From Rotaria socialis (Eukaryota), in the NCBI GenBank assembly GCA_905331295.1, contig CAJNYD010000003.1, forward strand, positions 155,046 to 211,327: 56,282 nt of DNA, read 5' to 3'. Made by a program: the position numbers and the translations under genes. Positions 40,392-52,569 of this stretch are shown here, piece by piece; within the stretch, counting starts at the first letter, position 1; the number at the start of each line of letters is the position of its first letter. The notes below the pieces were generated by a model, which did not search any database, had not been told where the DNA came from, and saw only the letters and a program-made list of their open reading frames with translations.

Positions 40392-41872
40392 GTACAAATA
40401 TAGTTTGCATTCAATAATACAAAAGGAAAAGTCGATGATCGGAGACTTTACTAGGAATAAGTGTGTTATTTATTTTTGTGACTGATTTTTCACATATAAA
40501 ATTTGGTAAACATTGTATCAAGGATCAACGAAATTCACCAAAAACAAATGGATAAAAATTCGATTGATCTTGCGCGATGAGCAACATTTCAAACATTTAA
40601 AATACCCATAAAAGTTACCTCCGCAACTATACTCGTTGTTACTTGGTTGCAGTTTTGAAGTTTATTATTAGCTGCCTATCAATCATCACAAGATAGTGTC
40701 GCCAATAGCTTACTTTTTACCTGTCTGCGTGGGTATATTTTGAAAGAAAACAAACCATGGCCTGTTCTCACTCATCAAAATTAAAGAAAACTTTGTATTT
40801 GAGTTTTAATCATCTAATTGCGGAGACTTTCATTTTATAAATAATAAACGAATGAAAAAGATCATTATCTCTCATATCTAATAATGAAAGTATATTTGGT
40901 TTTGAAAGCAAGAAAATCGTAACACAGGTTAAAAAAAGTGATGTAGCCTTTCATCTGCGCGTTGTTTTGTTTTGATCGATAGATAACAAAAAGAAGAAAA
41001 AAAGCATGGTATTATTATTATTATTTTTATTTTGGTTGTTTAGCTATATGAATACCATGAACAGTAAAAGGAAAATTTTGCCAAATGCTCCCAATTAGAA
41101 AAATCATCAAAAGTATTTTAGAATTTTTCTTTATGCTCCAGTTGGCTTGAGTTCGTCAACTTACCTTCAGGACTACTATTTTGGGACAAATTCAGTTCTT
41201 TTTTTGTAGTATGATTGAATTTGGAAAAAAACCAATCAGCCATATATAATGAGCAGTTTTTTTTAATCAAATATCGGAGCTTCATTGATATGAATTTCTA
41301 TTTTCGAATATTGCTTATCAAAGTTTTAGCTTTAAAACCAATGAGTAGAGTAAGCATTTTGATGCCAAATCAGAATATGACGTTTAGTATTTGCCATGCT
41401 AAACTCTTTACCATTGAAACCTTTTGAATAATTTGAAAATTCATATTTATGGTGCTCTGATACCATACTGAAAACAAATTCAATTTTTGCATCAATAAAC
41501 CGAGCGTTTTTAAAAACAGTGACGACGCACATCATCACGTGGTCGGAAGTAAACTTAATTGCGCATGTTACTTTTTGACTTTCTCATACGGGCGCCTCAA
41601 AATGCAAAAATTTTATCTGGAGCTTTTCGCAACATCATCTGTAAACATGCAGACACAGGTCATATCAACTATGAAGAGGATATTTAATATATTTCACTAT
41701 ATTATAACGAAGTAAAAATGCAACGAGTCAAATACCTGCTGACTATTTCGAATGAATCATCCGATTTGTTTTCTTCTTTTCCTCAAAAACAAGCCTTTCT
41801 TTTATTACTTTAAAATAAATAGTTATGCATGTTTTATGCTTTCACTAATCTTTCTAGACATATTCACATTGA

Positions 41873-43134
41873 ATGCTGTCCAATCTTCAAATACTTGAAT
41901 TATGTGCATCTGGAAAAGTTTTAAGAACTCCTTTACGTTTACTTAATCGTGTTAAACATTACGCTTATGGCGATATTGAAAAGCTTAATGAACAAGTGGC
42001 GACTCATTTCAATACCTGGTCATTTATTGTCTTGCTAAATTTAGACGACCAAAACTCGCATATCGATTTAGACTACCTAAAAGAACAAGGCTGCGTGCGG
42101 GCTATTTTTTTATGTGGAAATTTAACCTATGACATACAAGATAATCATGGAAAGATTTATCCTGTTCAGAAAGAAGTTATTGCATCTAAAATAAAATCAG
42201 CTATTATTCAATTTTTGAGAGCTGATGCTGCAAAAAGATTATCATTGGGTGATATAATTGGTTCACAGCATCGGATGTCGCAAGCTCATAGTTTTGAACG
42301 CCAAAACTTGACAGATGACCAGGTAGTATATCTTTATTAACCTAAATATATAATCTAATTGCAAAAATGAATTAAAAGGCCGTTCCTTGTCATGTTCTAA
42401 TTATTCCACTGAATACAAATATCGACAATTTACTCGATTTTCAACCGCGTTTCTTACAACAATGTAAACAAATAATCAAATTTTCATTAATACTATGACT
42501 TATTTTTTTTTATGCTAGGTAATGATCTATGTCCTGATTATGAGCCAACAGTTTGTACAATTTATGACTATTTACCTCAAAATGAAAGTGGTGAATTCGA
42601 TCGAAATCCAGATGCAGCTCTTCTTTGTAATCATGTGAAACGGCTGTCACTGATTCGCGTGTATCTTATTGGAAATGAAGCATATATTCGAAATTCGATG
42701 TGCAAATATTTTTTCCAATGTGAATCACATGCTACGAATCTGGTAGGATACAATGAAACATATACACTTGTTGAAAACGAACCAATTGGTGCTAATATAA
42801 TGAATGATTTAAACCGCATCATAAATGTTGAACTACCAGTAACGCGTGTCATTAAATAGTTACGTGAAATCGCAGATGATCCTCATTTTTACGGCGCTCT
42901 TGAGTGTTCTAATGCTAATCTTGAACGACGGGAAAGGCCTGCGGTTCGTCCAGACACCCCCGAAGGATATAGCTCCACAGTATGTAGAAACATAAGATTG
43001 AAACAATATTATACTATTTATTTAATTTCTTTTATTATTATTAGTATCATCAAAGCACACAAGCTGAAGCTGGCCCTAATACTCAACTTGAAGATGCTAA
43101 TGATGGTGATATTGATGCGAAAATTTCAAAATAA
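41873..43134 (+). pseudogene. Multi-exon gene of unknown family with an in-frame TAG
   Basis: Phase-compatible exons 41873-42322, ~42379-42463, ~42519-42979 and ~43045-43134. The frame stays open past TAG 42857-42859. Confidence 0.55.
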
Positions 43135-43537
43135 ACTTCAAGAATCTTCCACCGTACTGTTCGTGTACACTAATTTCTAAATCAATGAAAGTATTTTTAG
43201 AAAAGCTTTTAAAATTGTTATTGAATTTTTTTATTTTCCAAAAAATAATGTCTATAAATTATATATGAACGTGAAACTAGTAATTAGACGTTCAAGTTTT
43301 TATATTTAATATGTGTAAAAAAAATATAGACAATAAATATCAGAAGTAAAACTATATATTTGATCTACTGAAGTAATTCACAATGGACTTTTAATTATTT
43401 CCATCTTGAAAAGTAAATCTGGGTTAGACATTAACTATATTACCGAATAGCCTTTATGCTGTGTCTTGTTATGATAGATTTGGCATTCAAAATAAACGTT
43501 CAGGAATCCTTAGACTTTCAATTGAAGATATTTTACG

Positions 43538-43563
43538 GGGTATGGGTGTGCCACACTCACACA
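43538..43563. repeat. Telomeric-repeat palindrome, copy B (coreless)
   Basis: gggtatgggtgtg-c-cacactcacac. Confidence 0.55.
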
Positions 43564-44149
43564 TCAATGTCTTGAGATTGAGATAAACATCTAAATATTT
43601 GTTGTCGTTCTTGTTGAAAGTAATCATTGGTTAACTTTTATCAATGATAGACAATCGATAAGATCAACATATATAAAGGGCAGTATTCTCTGGCAATAAA
43701 TAATCAACTCAACAAACAAAAGAATAAAAATATTCAAAAAAAAACAACAGTATCATTTTTATTTCAAGGGTGACATGTACAACCATTTACATACTTTTTT
43801 CTTATTTAGCACTATTAAACTAATTCTTTTTCAAAAATCAATGCATATGTTCTGATTACCAATAGAACAATGTGTTACTAAAATTAATTTAGCATCTGTG
43901 TCAGGTAAAACAATTACGTCTATGTGAGAAACTAAAATAAACTTATATTTGATACTGATCGATGCAGATTTCCTGCCTACGTTATCTGTACCTCATATTT
44001 CTATTCATTACCTTATCAGTCGAGCGATGTTCGTACTATGTATATCGATTTTAGAACAATGGCACATCAACGCGGTCGGACATACATGCATACTAAATAA
44101 CGAAAAATAATCAAAGCATATTTATTGAATAAGTTTGAGAAAAAAACAT

Positions 44150-44440
44150 TTATAGCTGTTTTTCACATGTTCTATACCGATTCATCACGCTTTTAATACA
44201 TGAATGTGTTGAAGGAAGCGATTTTTCTAGATAGAGCAGAGCTTTTGAGTAGTCTCCCATGTTTTTACACACTTCTCCGATATTACTGTAGCCAATACCC
44301 AAGGATGGATGAATCGGAGACAGAGCTTTGTCATAGATTTTATGTGATTTTTCGTAAAATTCACGTGCTTTCGAGTAGTCACCCATGTCGCTATACACTC
44401 CACCGATGCTGTTGTAGGAAGTAGCTAGTGAGGGATGGTG
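44150..44440 (-). pseudogene. 5'-truncated TPR (kinesin-light-chain-type) gene fragment
   Basis: HPSLATSYNSIGGVYSDMGDYSKAREFYEKS...HPSLGIGYSNIGEVCKNMGDYSKAL. Similarity stops at palindrome C. Confidence 0.8.
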
Positions 44441-44478
44441 TGGATGTGGATCTTTCCTTCAGCCACACACCCACACCC
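44437..44478. repeat. Telomeric-repeat palindrome, copy C
   Basis: GGTGTGGATGTG-gatctttccttcagc-CACACACCCACACCC. Confidence 0.85.
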
Positions 44479-45713
44479 AGGTTCTGTATAAAAAAAACAT
44501 TTCATTCGACCTGAGCGTCTCAACTACACTGGGGGTTCCTTTTTACGGAAATAATCAATGCAGTAGAGACACCATTCTCTATATCCAACCTCCCTGGTCG
44601 AACAGTACGGTCTATATAGGGCCGTATACGGTCATAAACGGTTTGTTCACGACCGTATACGACCCATATCTGATGACCGTATTCAATCACCGGGGCTCCG
44701 CCAAACATCAGCATGCAACAAACCATACCGTTTCAAAGTTCCGTTAATCTCGATTTAAATAGGCGAGTAGAAGAGCATACATTGACATAAACACAAATAT
44801 AAACATACCCATTCAACCCGTTCCTCCAGTCGATCTAAATACATCAAATAATAAAATATATATAATGATAAATATAGATGTAAACATACCTCTGGAATTC
44901 AATCCTTCAAGTCTAGGGATGTACAGTGTCGGTTTACTGAGCACTGGTACATCGACGGTTCCTGATTGACTAAAACTGTAATACAAAAATAACTAGCTTT
45001 CTAGACTAAAGAATACAAACTAGCCTCATTACAAAACTTCACATTGATTATATGCACCATAAAGCTGGTATGGTAGTAACAATACACATTGATTTTAGGA
45101 AGTTATAGATCAACCTTATAAAACTGTCACAGTTTGTTGACGAATCCAACAGAATCGAAGATGAAAAATGAAATTTAATAATTTCCATATGATGCGACGT
45201 AAACTACGCAATACAACTTAGATTCTCTTTATTATGCAGATAAATACTTGGAACCATTTAAAATTTTGGTATTTCTAGATTTATGAATAAATTTGAATCT
45301 TTGTTGGACGTGCTCCACAGAACAGGAAGTTCTACGTAGCAGCCCATGTAATAAAAACCGCCGGTTTACCGCGGTTTTACCGGTCCGGTTACCGGCTCCC
45401 ATTACCGCAGAACGGAAAAATAACGCGGTTTACCGCAAAAATTGATCCGGTATTAGCAACATGGGAGACCAAAATAATAAAATACATAGTCGAGAGGCTT
45501 TGAATTGAATGATGGTATTCGCATATTTGAGTAAAATAATAAGTAATGCAATGCATCGAAGGTTGTTGTAGAATGTAAAATTATAGATTGTTCAAGACTG
45601 GGACACCCTTGACAAAGATAGAGGTGCGTATTTCACTGTAATCTGTTGTAAACTACCATTAAAATTGGCGAATATGTATACTTTGACCGATGCAGTGGCT
45701 CAGTGGCACCGAT

Positions 45714-45761
45714 GGGTGTGGGTGTGGATCTTTCCTTCAGTCACACACTCACACTTACACC
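45714..45761. repeat. Telomeric-repeat palindrome, copy D
   Basis: GGGTGTGGGTGTG-gatctttccttcagt-CACACACTCACACTTACACC. Confidence 0.85.
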
Positions 45762-46404
45762 TACAACTCGATTGCAATGATTTCTCTCAAGCAAGACCAG
45801 TGTGAGATTAAAGGTCTTTAAAGCACAGTTGGGACGTTAAATTTAGATCAATTAGCCGAAGTTTGTGAGAAGCTAATCTTGTTTGTAGATTAAACCGTTT
45901 ACAGTCAAAAGCTTGTCATTGAACTTTAGACAGTAAAACTGAATCTTTACATTGATTGTCACGTAGATCGGCTAACCATTGTTACCAATCTACTGACTGA
46001 TATCAGATGTTGATTTGTATTATTGTCATTTAATTGGTAAAACTATTCGCGATTTGAGACAATTAAGATCCGTTCAAAAATTGGCTCGGTTCTATTGCAG
46101 TGGTTTAGGACAGAACCACCATTGAAAAAAGGTTCAGTACAGAAAAAAAGGACTGACACAGAACCCTTTTAAATATTTGGAACCTTTTTCTACTCGAAAT
46201 GCTTTTTAAAATTGTATAGAATTACTGATGGTTTAGTAAAATCTTTAGAGAATCTTATAGAGTTCTATATCTCGTATTAAGTCATAAATGCTTTCGTATT
46301 GTAATCTTTTTTTTTAGAGAGTATTATTCATTAAAATTCGAAGAATTCTATGCTGGTCTTATCTTATTTTTATATAGAATTTATGTTCTATATAATAATG
46401 TAGC

Positions 46405-46478
46405 ATTAGATTCTGAAGATACCTGATGAGATCCTTAAGCAAGATCGAAACGTCGTATATACTGCTTTGAATCTAAAT
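46405..46478 (+). ncRNA. Minimal type I hammerhead ribozyme motif in a Penelope/Athena pLTR-like repeat
   Basis: CTGATGA (46423)-GATC cttaagcaa GATC-GAAA-CGTC-GTA, with distal helix I tagattc/gaatcta. Confidence 0.75.
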
Positions 46479-47077
46479 TTTGTTGCAGCGTATAACACCC
46501 ACACTCAAACCCCAAATTTTTTCTTCAATTTCAAAAAATTGATGCTGTGCAAATAAACCGTTATTTTTTGTTTCTAGTACTTTAAGAGAGAAGTGCGCAC
46601 ATAAAAAAACACATTCTCTCTTTTCTCCCACACGACGACGACAAAATGTGTATGCAGAGAACTTTCTAGATACTTCCAAGAACGGCAAATAATATGCTTG
46701 TTGTCCATTACATGAAAAAGGCGCACGACTGAAGTACACACTATTGCATTATTATTTTTTGTATCCTTATCAACGGTAAGAAAGCATTACACCCCAAGCA
46801 AAAAAACACTGCTTCCCTACAAAGTAAAGCAGCCTGATCAAAGCTCATTTCAAACTTAAATACATCGCTGGAACCCGATCAAAAAGCAATATCGTTCTAT
46901 TTCTGGTAGGATTCTACAAGCGAGTGTATGCTATGGAAGTCATAGATAGAAACGATCCGGCATACCGGCCACCGAACCGGTCCGGGGGAAGGTTTCCGAC
47001 CGGTCGGTATGAGCAATTTTTGGGTATTACTAATTTACGCGAACAGCGCGAACAGCCAAGTTTGTGAGATCGCGCAT

Positions 47078-47614
47078 AAGTCATCTTTACGAACACCCAC
47101 AGCGTGTAGAGTTATATTCACGGACACCCATGAACACCCATTTTCTAGGAGCGATAATGAAACAAACTGTCAACAAACACTAAAAAATGACCCCTCTCAA
47201 CACGAACACCCAGAAGCTCTGTTATAGTCTACGCAAACACCTTAAACTTTTTCTTACGAACACCCGCAGAACTCAATAAGCTACATTTTTACCAAACGAC
47301 ATGGTATCCTAGGGTAAATCCTTATAGGACTTTTTCTCTGAAAATACGTGGGATCGACCAAATTTGACCATATATACCGAAGAGGTCCATTTTAGAAGCT
47401 TAATAGCACCCAACTTACCCATACAGACACCCACCGAACTCGATAAGCTACATTTTGACCAAAGGACATGGTATCCCCAAATGAATTCTTATAGGACTTT
47501 TGTCCTCGAAATACATGTGATCGGTCGAAATTTGATCATGTACACCCAAGAGGTTCCTTTTAACACGTTAATAGCGCGAAATTTAGACTTGTCGGTACCA
47601 TTATCAACTTTCTA
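47078..47614. repeat. Dispersed repeat with an internal ~168-bp tandem duplication; inverted copy at 51482-51851
   Basis: Near-identical reverse-complement sequence. Both copies translate ...VIFTDTHE(H/R)PFSRSDNETNCQQTLKNDPSQ. Confidence 0.92.
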
Positions 47615-47627
47615 TCTACTTATGCAC

Positions 47628-47817
47628 CAGAGCTCCGCGTGGGACGGGATGGGACGAAAAAAATCGTCCCGTGGGATAGATCGAAACATTTCGTACCATG
47701 GGATGGGCTAGAGATTTAAAAAAAACAATCCCATGGTATGGTACAGTCTTCTTAACTGTCCCATCCCATGGTATGGGACACAAAAATGTTTCGTCCCATC
47801 CCATGATCCCATGGGAC
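47628..47817. mobile_element. hAT-like MITE end with tcccat/atggga subterminal repeats
   Basis: Starts CAGAGCTC like the element at 11723; dense palindromic tcccatggga-type motifs. Confidence 0.6.
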
Positions 47818-48375
47818 ATATCAATAATCATATATCCTTTTAGACATCACATTTTTGCGAGTACTTATCGAGCTACAGAAACGATGATTCCATATTATCT
47901 TATCGTATGTTCATTATTTTATTATTATCAAGTTCACAATTCTTTTTTTACTTTCATCATCGAAAGTACATCAGTCTCACACATAGGAGGCAGAGCCATT
48001 AGGCTTGGGGAGGCTCAAGCCTCCCCTAAAAANNNNNNNNNNNNNNNNNNNNNNNNNNNNNNNNNNNNNNNNNNNNNNNNNNNNNNNNNNNNNNNNNNNN
48101 NNNNNNNNNNNNNNNNNNNNNNNNNNNNNNNNNNNNNNNNNNNNNNNNNNNNNNNNNNNNNNNNNNNNNNNNNNNNNNNNNNNNNNNNNNNNNNNNNNNN
48201 NNNNNNNNNNNNNNNNNNNNNNNNNNNNNNNNNNNNNNNNNNNNNNNNNNNNNNNNNNNNNNNNNNNNNAAATAGTGATTTAAAAAGGACGTTCTCTATA
48301 ATTTTGTCAAGGTAATACGATGCATATATTATTATTCATGTTATTAGGATGTGGGTGTGTTAAGCACTCAAATGA

Positions 48376-48450
48376 ATTTAGATTCAAAGTAGTATATACG
48401 ACGTTTCGATCTTGCTTAAGGATCTCATCAGATATTTTCAGAGTCTAAAA
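48376..48450 (-). ncRNA. Second hammerhead motif copy (inverted)
   Basis: Reverse complement reads CTGATGAGATCCTTAAGCAAGATCGAAACGTCGTATATACT, identical in the core to 46423-46463. Confidence 0.75.
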
Positions 48451-48750
48451 CTGCATTATTATATAGAACACAAATTTCATATTAAAACAAAATTAGATTA
48501 TCAAACAACTCCTAGAATTCAAATCAATAACAAAGGATATTTCAGTATAATGAGTTCTCTTTCGATTACAGTCAAAAAGAAATATGAAATATTATCGACT
48601 TCGCAAGAAGTGCGTTTAATTTGATATTGGATCTAATATCTTGACACTATACACGATGACAGATTCGTCTACTTCTAAATATGTAACCTGCACTAATGGA
48701 CTTCGTTCTATTTCATATTATTGAATGACATACGCATATCTATCGGCCTA

Positions 48751-50561
48751 CACTCTAAAAAAAATAGGTTTTTCACAGAACCTAAAAAAGGTTCTTATCC
48801 TCGGCACACCGTCAGATCCTTTTTTGGTTTTGTAAAAGTGAGGTTTCGTATCAACCCCCTTCACGAAAATTCAAAAAAAGGGTTTCGTAGCAATGGTTTC
48901 GTACAAGACCTTTTAGAAATCATTCAAAAAAAGGTTTCGTACCCGACAAAGGTTCCTTTAAAAATATCATTTAACCCTCTGCTGCCGCCCGCGGTATGCA
49001 CACTATTCGAGTATTTCTCAAAACCCGAGTAAGGTATACATCAAATGAATCAAAAGTAAGATGAAATAGTCTACAGAGTAATTTTCTGCATTCAAGGAAA
49101 ATCACTCTAAAGACTATTTCATCTTACTTTTGATTCATTTGATGTATACCATACTCGGGTTTTGAGAGATACTCGAATAGTGTGCATACCGCGGGCAACA
49201 ACACAGGGTTAAAGCCAAAGCCACCCGTGATTTCCATAATTGAAACAACCTAAAATACGGAAACGAATAAATATAATCATTTTATAAGATCAAACTTACT
49301 TCACTATTCTTTTACTTGGCACAACCTAAAATACACAAATTAGCGAAAATTTATTATTTCTCAAAATCAGACATACCTAAAACTCCATATATATATTAAC
49401 CAAGAATTACAAAAAAGAATAATTCCATGATTTGCGAAGAGAGAACTTACCTAAAACTGCCTTTAAGCATCAACCTAGAACCAAAAAAAAAACAAATATA
49501 TAAAATTATACTTGATCAAACTCACCTGAAATTGCATCTTTGCAGCCGTCTATAATTAAACAAAACCAATTTTTGTTATTTTACGAAATGAAATTTACGT
49601 GAAACCTTCTATATGAGCGACTCAATAACGAAGAAAAAAATTATTCTCTTTCATTGCATCGAACTTAGCCCAGAATTGAGATCAGAGTTGAAATAAAAAG
49701 TCTACCTTGTGAAATTTGGACTCGAGATCGACTAATTCTCTGAGCCATGAAAGCTCGGAGAGAAAAACTGATAACGGACTCGGACTCTGGGACCTCGATA
49801 AGCTTTACGAAACTTTGACATAGATATACATTTGTGAAAAGTTAAAGAGCAGAAGCGATGAAACCTTGAGATAGTCTACGAAACGAAAGCTGGTTTGGTC
49901 AGTATCCCACAGAACCTTAAACCCCGCCAGAAAGTGTGAAAAAGTTGCGTAGAAATAATACGAAAAGTTGGGATCGTGAACAAAAATATGAGTCGGTTTG
50001 TGGAAAAGATTCCAAACCTCGAGAGTATCTACGAAACTTTCAGTGGTTTGGTACAAAATATACGAAACTTTGACATGGATAATAAAGTGAGAATCGTTCA
50101 GCTCAAAAAGTACGAAACCCTTGAATGTTCTACGAAACCGTCAATTGTATTCCAGAAAATATTCCAAACCTTATTACAGTTTAAGGAACCAGCAATGGTT
50201 CTGTGGACATATTACTAAACCTTAATGGCGACCAGAAAGTGTCGGTAAGTTCCGCATAAATAATACGAAACCTTCGGTTCGCCACGAAGCCAACAGTGGT
50301 TCAGTGGTTATATGACGAAACCTTCTGCCATTTCCCAAAACTATCAGAGGATTTGTACATGCGGTACGGAACCACAAACTACTTTACGAAACCTTCGAAG
50401 AGTTCAGGCTCAAAATTGCGAAACCTGATGAAATCTGCTGAACTTAAAATAGTTCTGAAAGGAGACCACGGGACGTTTTTCACTCTATGGAACTTAAAAT
50501 CGTTCGGTGGAGAAATGCGGAACTATTAAGGTTCGGTAGAGTACCGATTTTTTTTAGAGTG
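48751..50561. mobile_element. Non-autonomous DNA transposon (CACT-ended, CMC/EnSpm-like)
   Basis: TIRs CACTCTAAAAAAAAT / ATTTTTTTTAGAGTG flanked by TA. Many ggtttcgt / acgaaacc subterminal repeats. Confidence 0.8.
48975..49208. mobile_element. Nested piggyBac-type fold-back MITE
   Basis: TTAA TSDs (48971-48974, 49209-49212), CCC/GGG ends, and ~110-bp arms forming a near-complete palindrome. Confidence 0.92.
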
Positions 50562-51385
50562 TAGATATATGATTCAGTTAGTTGCTTAGGTAACGGGCCC
50601 ACAACAGGCGTCCACGTTGGAGAGTTGATGTAGAGTATTTTGAGAACGATTGATTGCCATAACTTGTCCTCCAATTCTTAAGCGTTTTCCGCATTGCTCT
50701 TCTTATTTTTTAGAGAAAATTTTCTGTACAAGCCTCGCAAGTTAAAGTTCCAGAAAACCAAGATTTTTCAGCTTTAAGTAATGAAAACAGTGAGATTTTG
50801 ATGAAACTGAGTTTCAGAGCAGATTTTCTGACTTCGGAATCGGATTCAGCATTGGAAGGCTAGTATTCAAAAGAAAAATTGAGTGGTGAAAACAAAATTT
50901 TAATTTGAAAAACTTACTCCAGATTTTGAATTTTTACCTTTATTCCTATCTTTATCATTCCGCAGAGATAAATGGCAGATAGAGCCTTCAAATGTTCTTC
51001 GATAGAAAATTATAAACTGAACAAGCCCGTGGATTTCATGATTTTATGTAGGTTGCAATAATCAATTGTTAGAGGATATCACGAAAAACTAATTATTTCA
51101 ATTTTGAAAGTTTTCACTGCGTGTTCTCTGATTAAAGGCTCATCATTGGAGCTTTTATGACTTTTATAGTTACCAGTTATCTAACATATTGTATTTTATT
51201 AAACAGTCAATTTCTTATTAACATCTATGTAGTACTATTTGGTCCCATCGCTCTCATACATCATCAGATGATGCTGACGTTTTCTTCTTTTCACGAAAAC
51301 GGATCATATCTAGATCATGTCAAGTTAACTGATCTCTGCGTATCGTTTTTTTTTTCTATAAATGATATTCATGTTTATTGCGTAT

Positions 51386-51481
51386 GAGTTTGAGTGTGGG
51401 TCTGGGTGTGAATATAGCCGTTTTCAAAACACGGGAAAGTTACCATCAGCCACAGTCAATCTCATACACACACCCACACCC
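51386..51481. repeat. Telomeric-repeat palindrome, copy E (longest core)
   Basis: gagtttgagtgtgggtctgggtgtg-aatatagccgttttcaaaacacgggaaagttaccatcagccacagtcaatct-catacacacacccacaccc. Confidence 0.8.
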
Positions 51482-51854
51482 TAGAAAGTTGATAATGGTG
51501 CTGATAAGTCTAAATTTCGCGCTATTAACGTGTTAAAAGAAACCTCTTGGGTGTACATGTTCAAATTTCGACCGATCACATGTATTTTGAGGAAAAACGT
51601 CGTATAAGAATTCATTTGGGGATACCATGTCCTTTGGTCAAAACGTAGCTTATTGAGTTTTGTGGGTGTTCGTAAGAAAAAGTTTAAGGTGTTTGCGTAG
51701 ACTATAACAGAGCTTCTGGGTGTTCCTGTTGAGAGGGGTCATTTTTTAGTGTTTGTTGACAGTTTGTTTCATTATCGCTCCTAGAAAATGGGCGTTCATG
51801 GGTGTCCGTGAATATAACTCTATACGATGTGGGTGTTCGTAAAGATGACTTGAA

Positions 51855-51945
51855 GGTGTGGGTGTGGGTGTGGATTTTACCATCAGTCACCCACCAAAAC
51901 CCCCATCCGCACCCACATCCACACCCACACCCTATAACTCACACA
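51855..51945. repeat. Telomeric-repeat palindrome, copy F
   Basis: GGTGTGGGTGTGGGTGTG-gattttaccatcagtca-cccaccaaaacccccatccgcacccacatccacacccacaccc. Confidence 0.85.
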
Positions 51946-52569
51946 TAATACGATTACTATGCGTATGTAGAACTATTTAAGCCCATTCTGCGTCTTACGC
52001 GGCGACGCCGGTCTCTGGCATCTGCACCTCTCCATGAGAAAATACTTTTAGATTTTCAGCCTAGACCTAGACCCCTCCCGAAGATGCAGCCCCTGGCGCA
52101 GACACGCCGTATCTTCGGGGAGCTACTGAGGAAAAACATTTTCCTGATTTGAAGACTATGACCAATACCCATACTTGGGTCACACCCGAGTGTGGAAACC
52201 GCTCATCCAGCAATGATGTCTAACTCACAGGGAAAGCGAACCCAGAAATTGTTTCATCATACGACATAGTGAACGGTGCGGGCGAGCGCCGAAACAATTA
52301 TCGGCTTGCTAAATCGTAGTCCTCCACGCATACAGCCAAATAAACAAAATACTAAATTTAAAGCGAATGTCAAGTAAAAAGGGAAAAACACGCACATTCC
52401 CTACCTCCCTGAAAAGAAAAAGCATTCGATATTGGCGCATCAATGCGGTACAGAAGCATAAAAGCACCCGCACCTACTTGAACGCAACCTTAATGAATGC
52501 ACACCAACCCACACAACCACATTGTAGAGTGATAATTCCAGTAACAGAGAAGCGTCCGTAACTGCACAG

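Noticed and set aside
47698..48315. 205-aa ORF
   Set aside because: It spans a MITE and an N gap, so it is an artefact.
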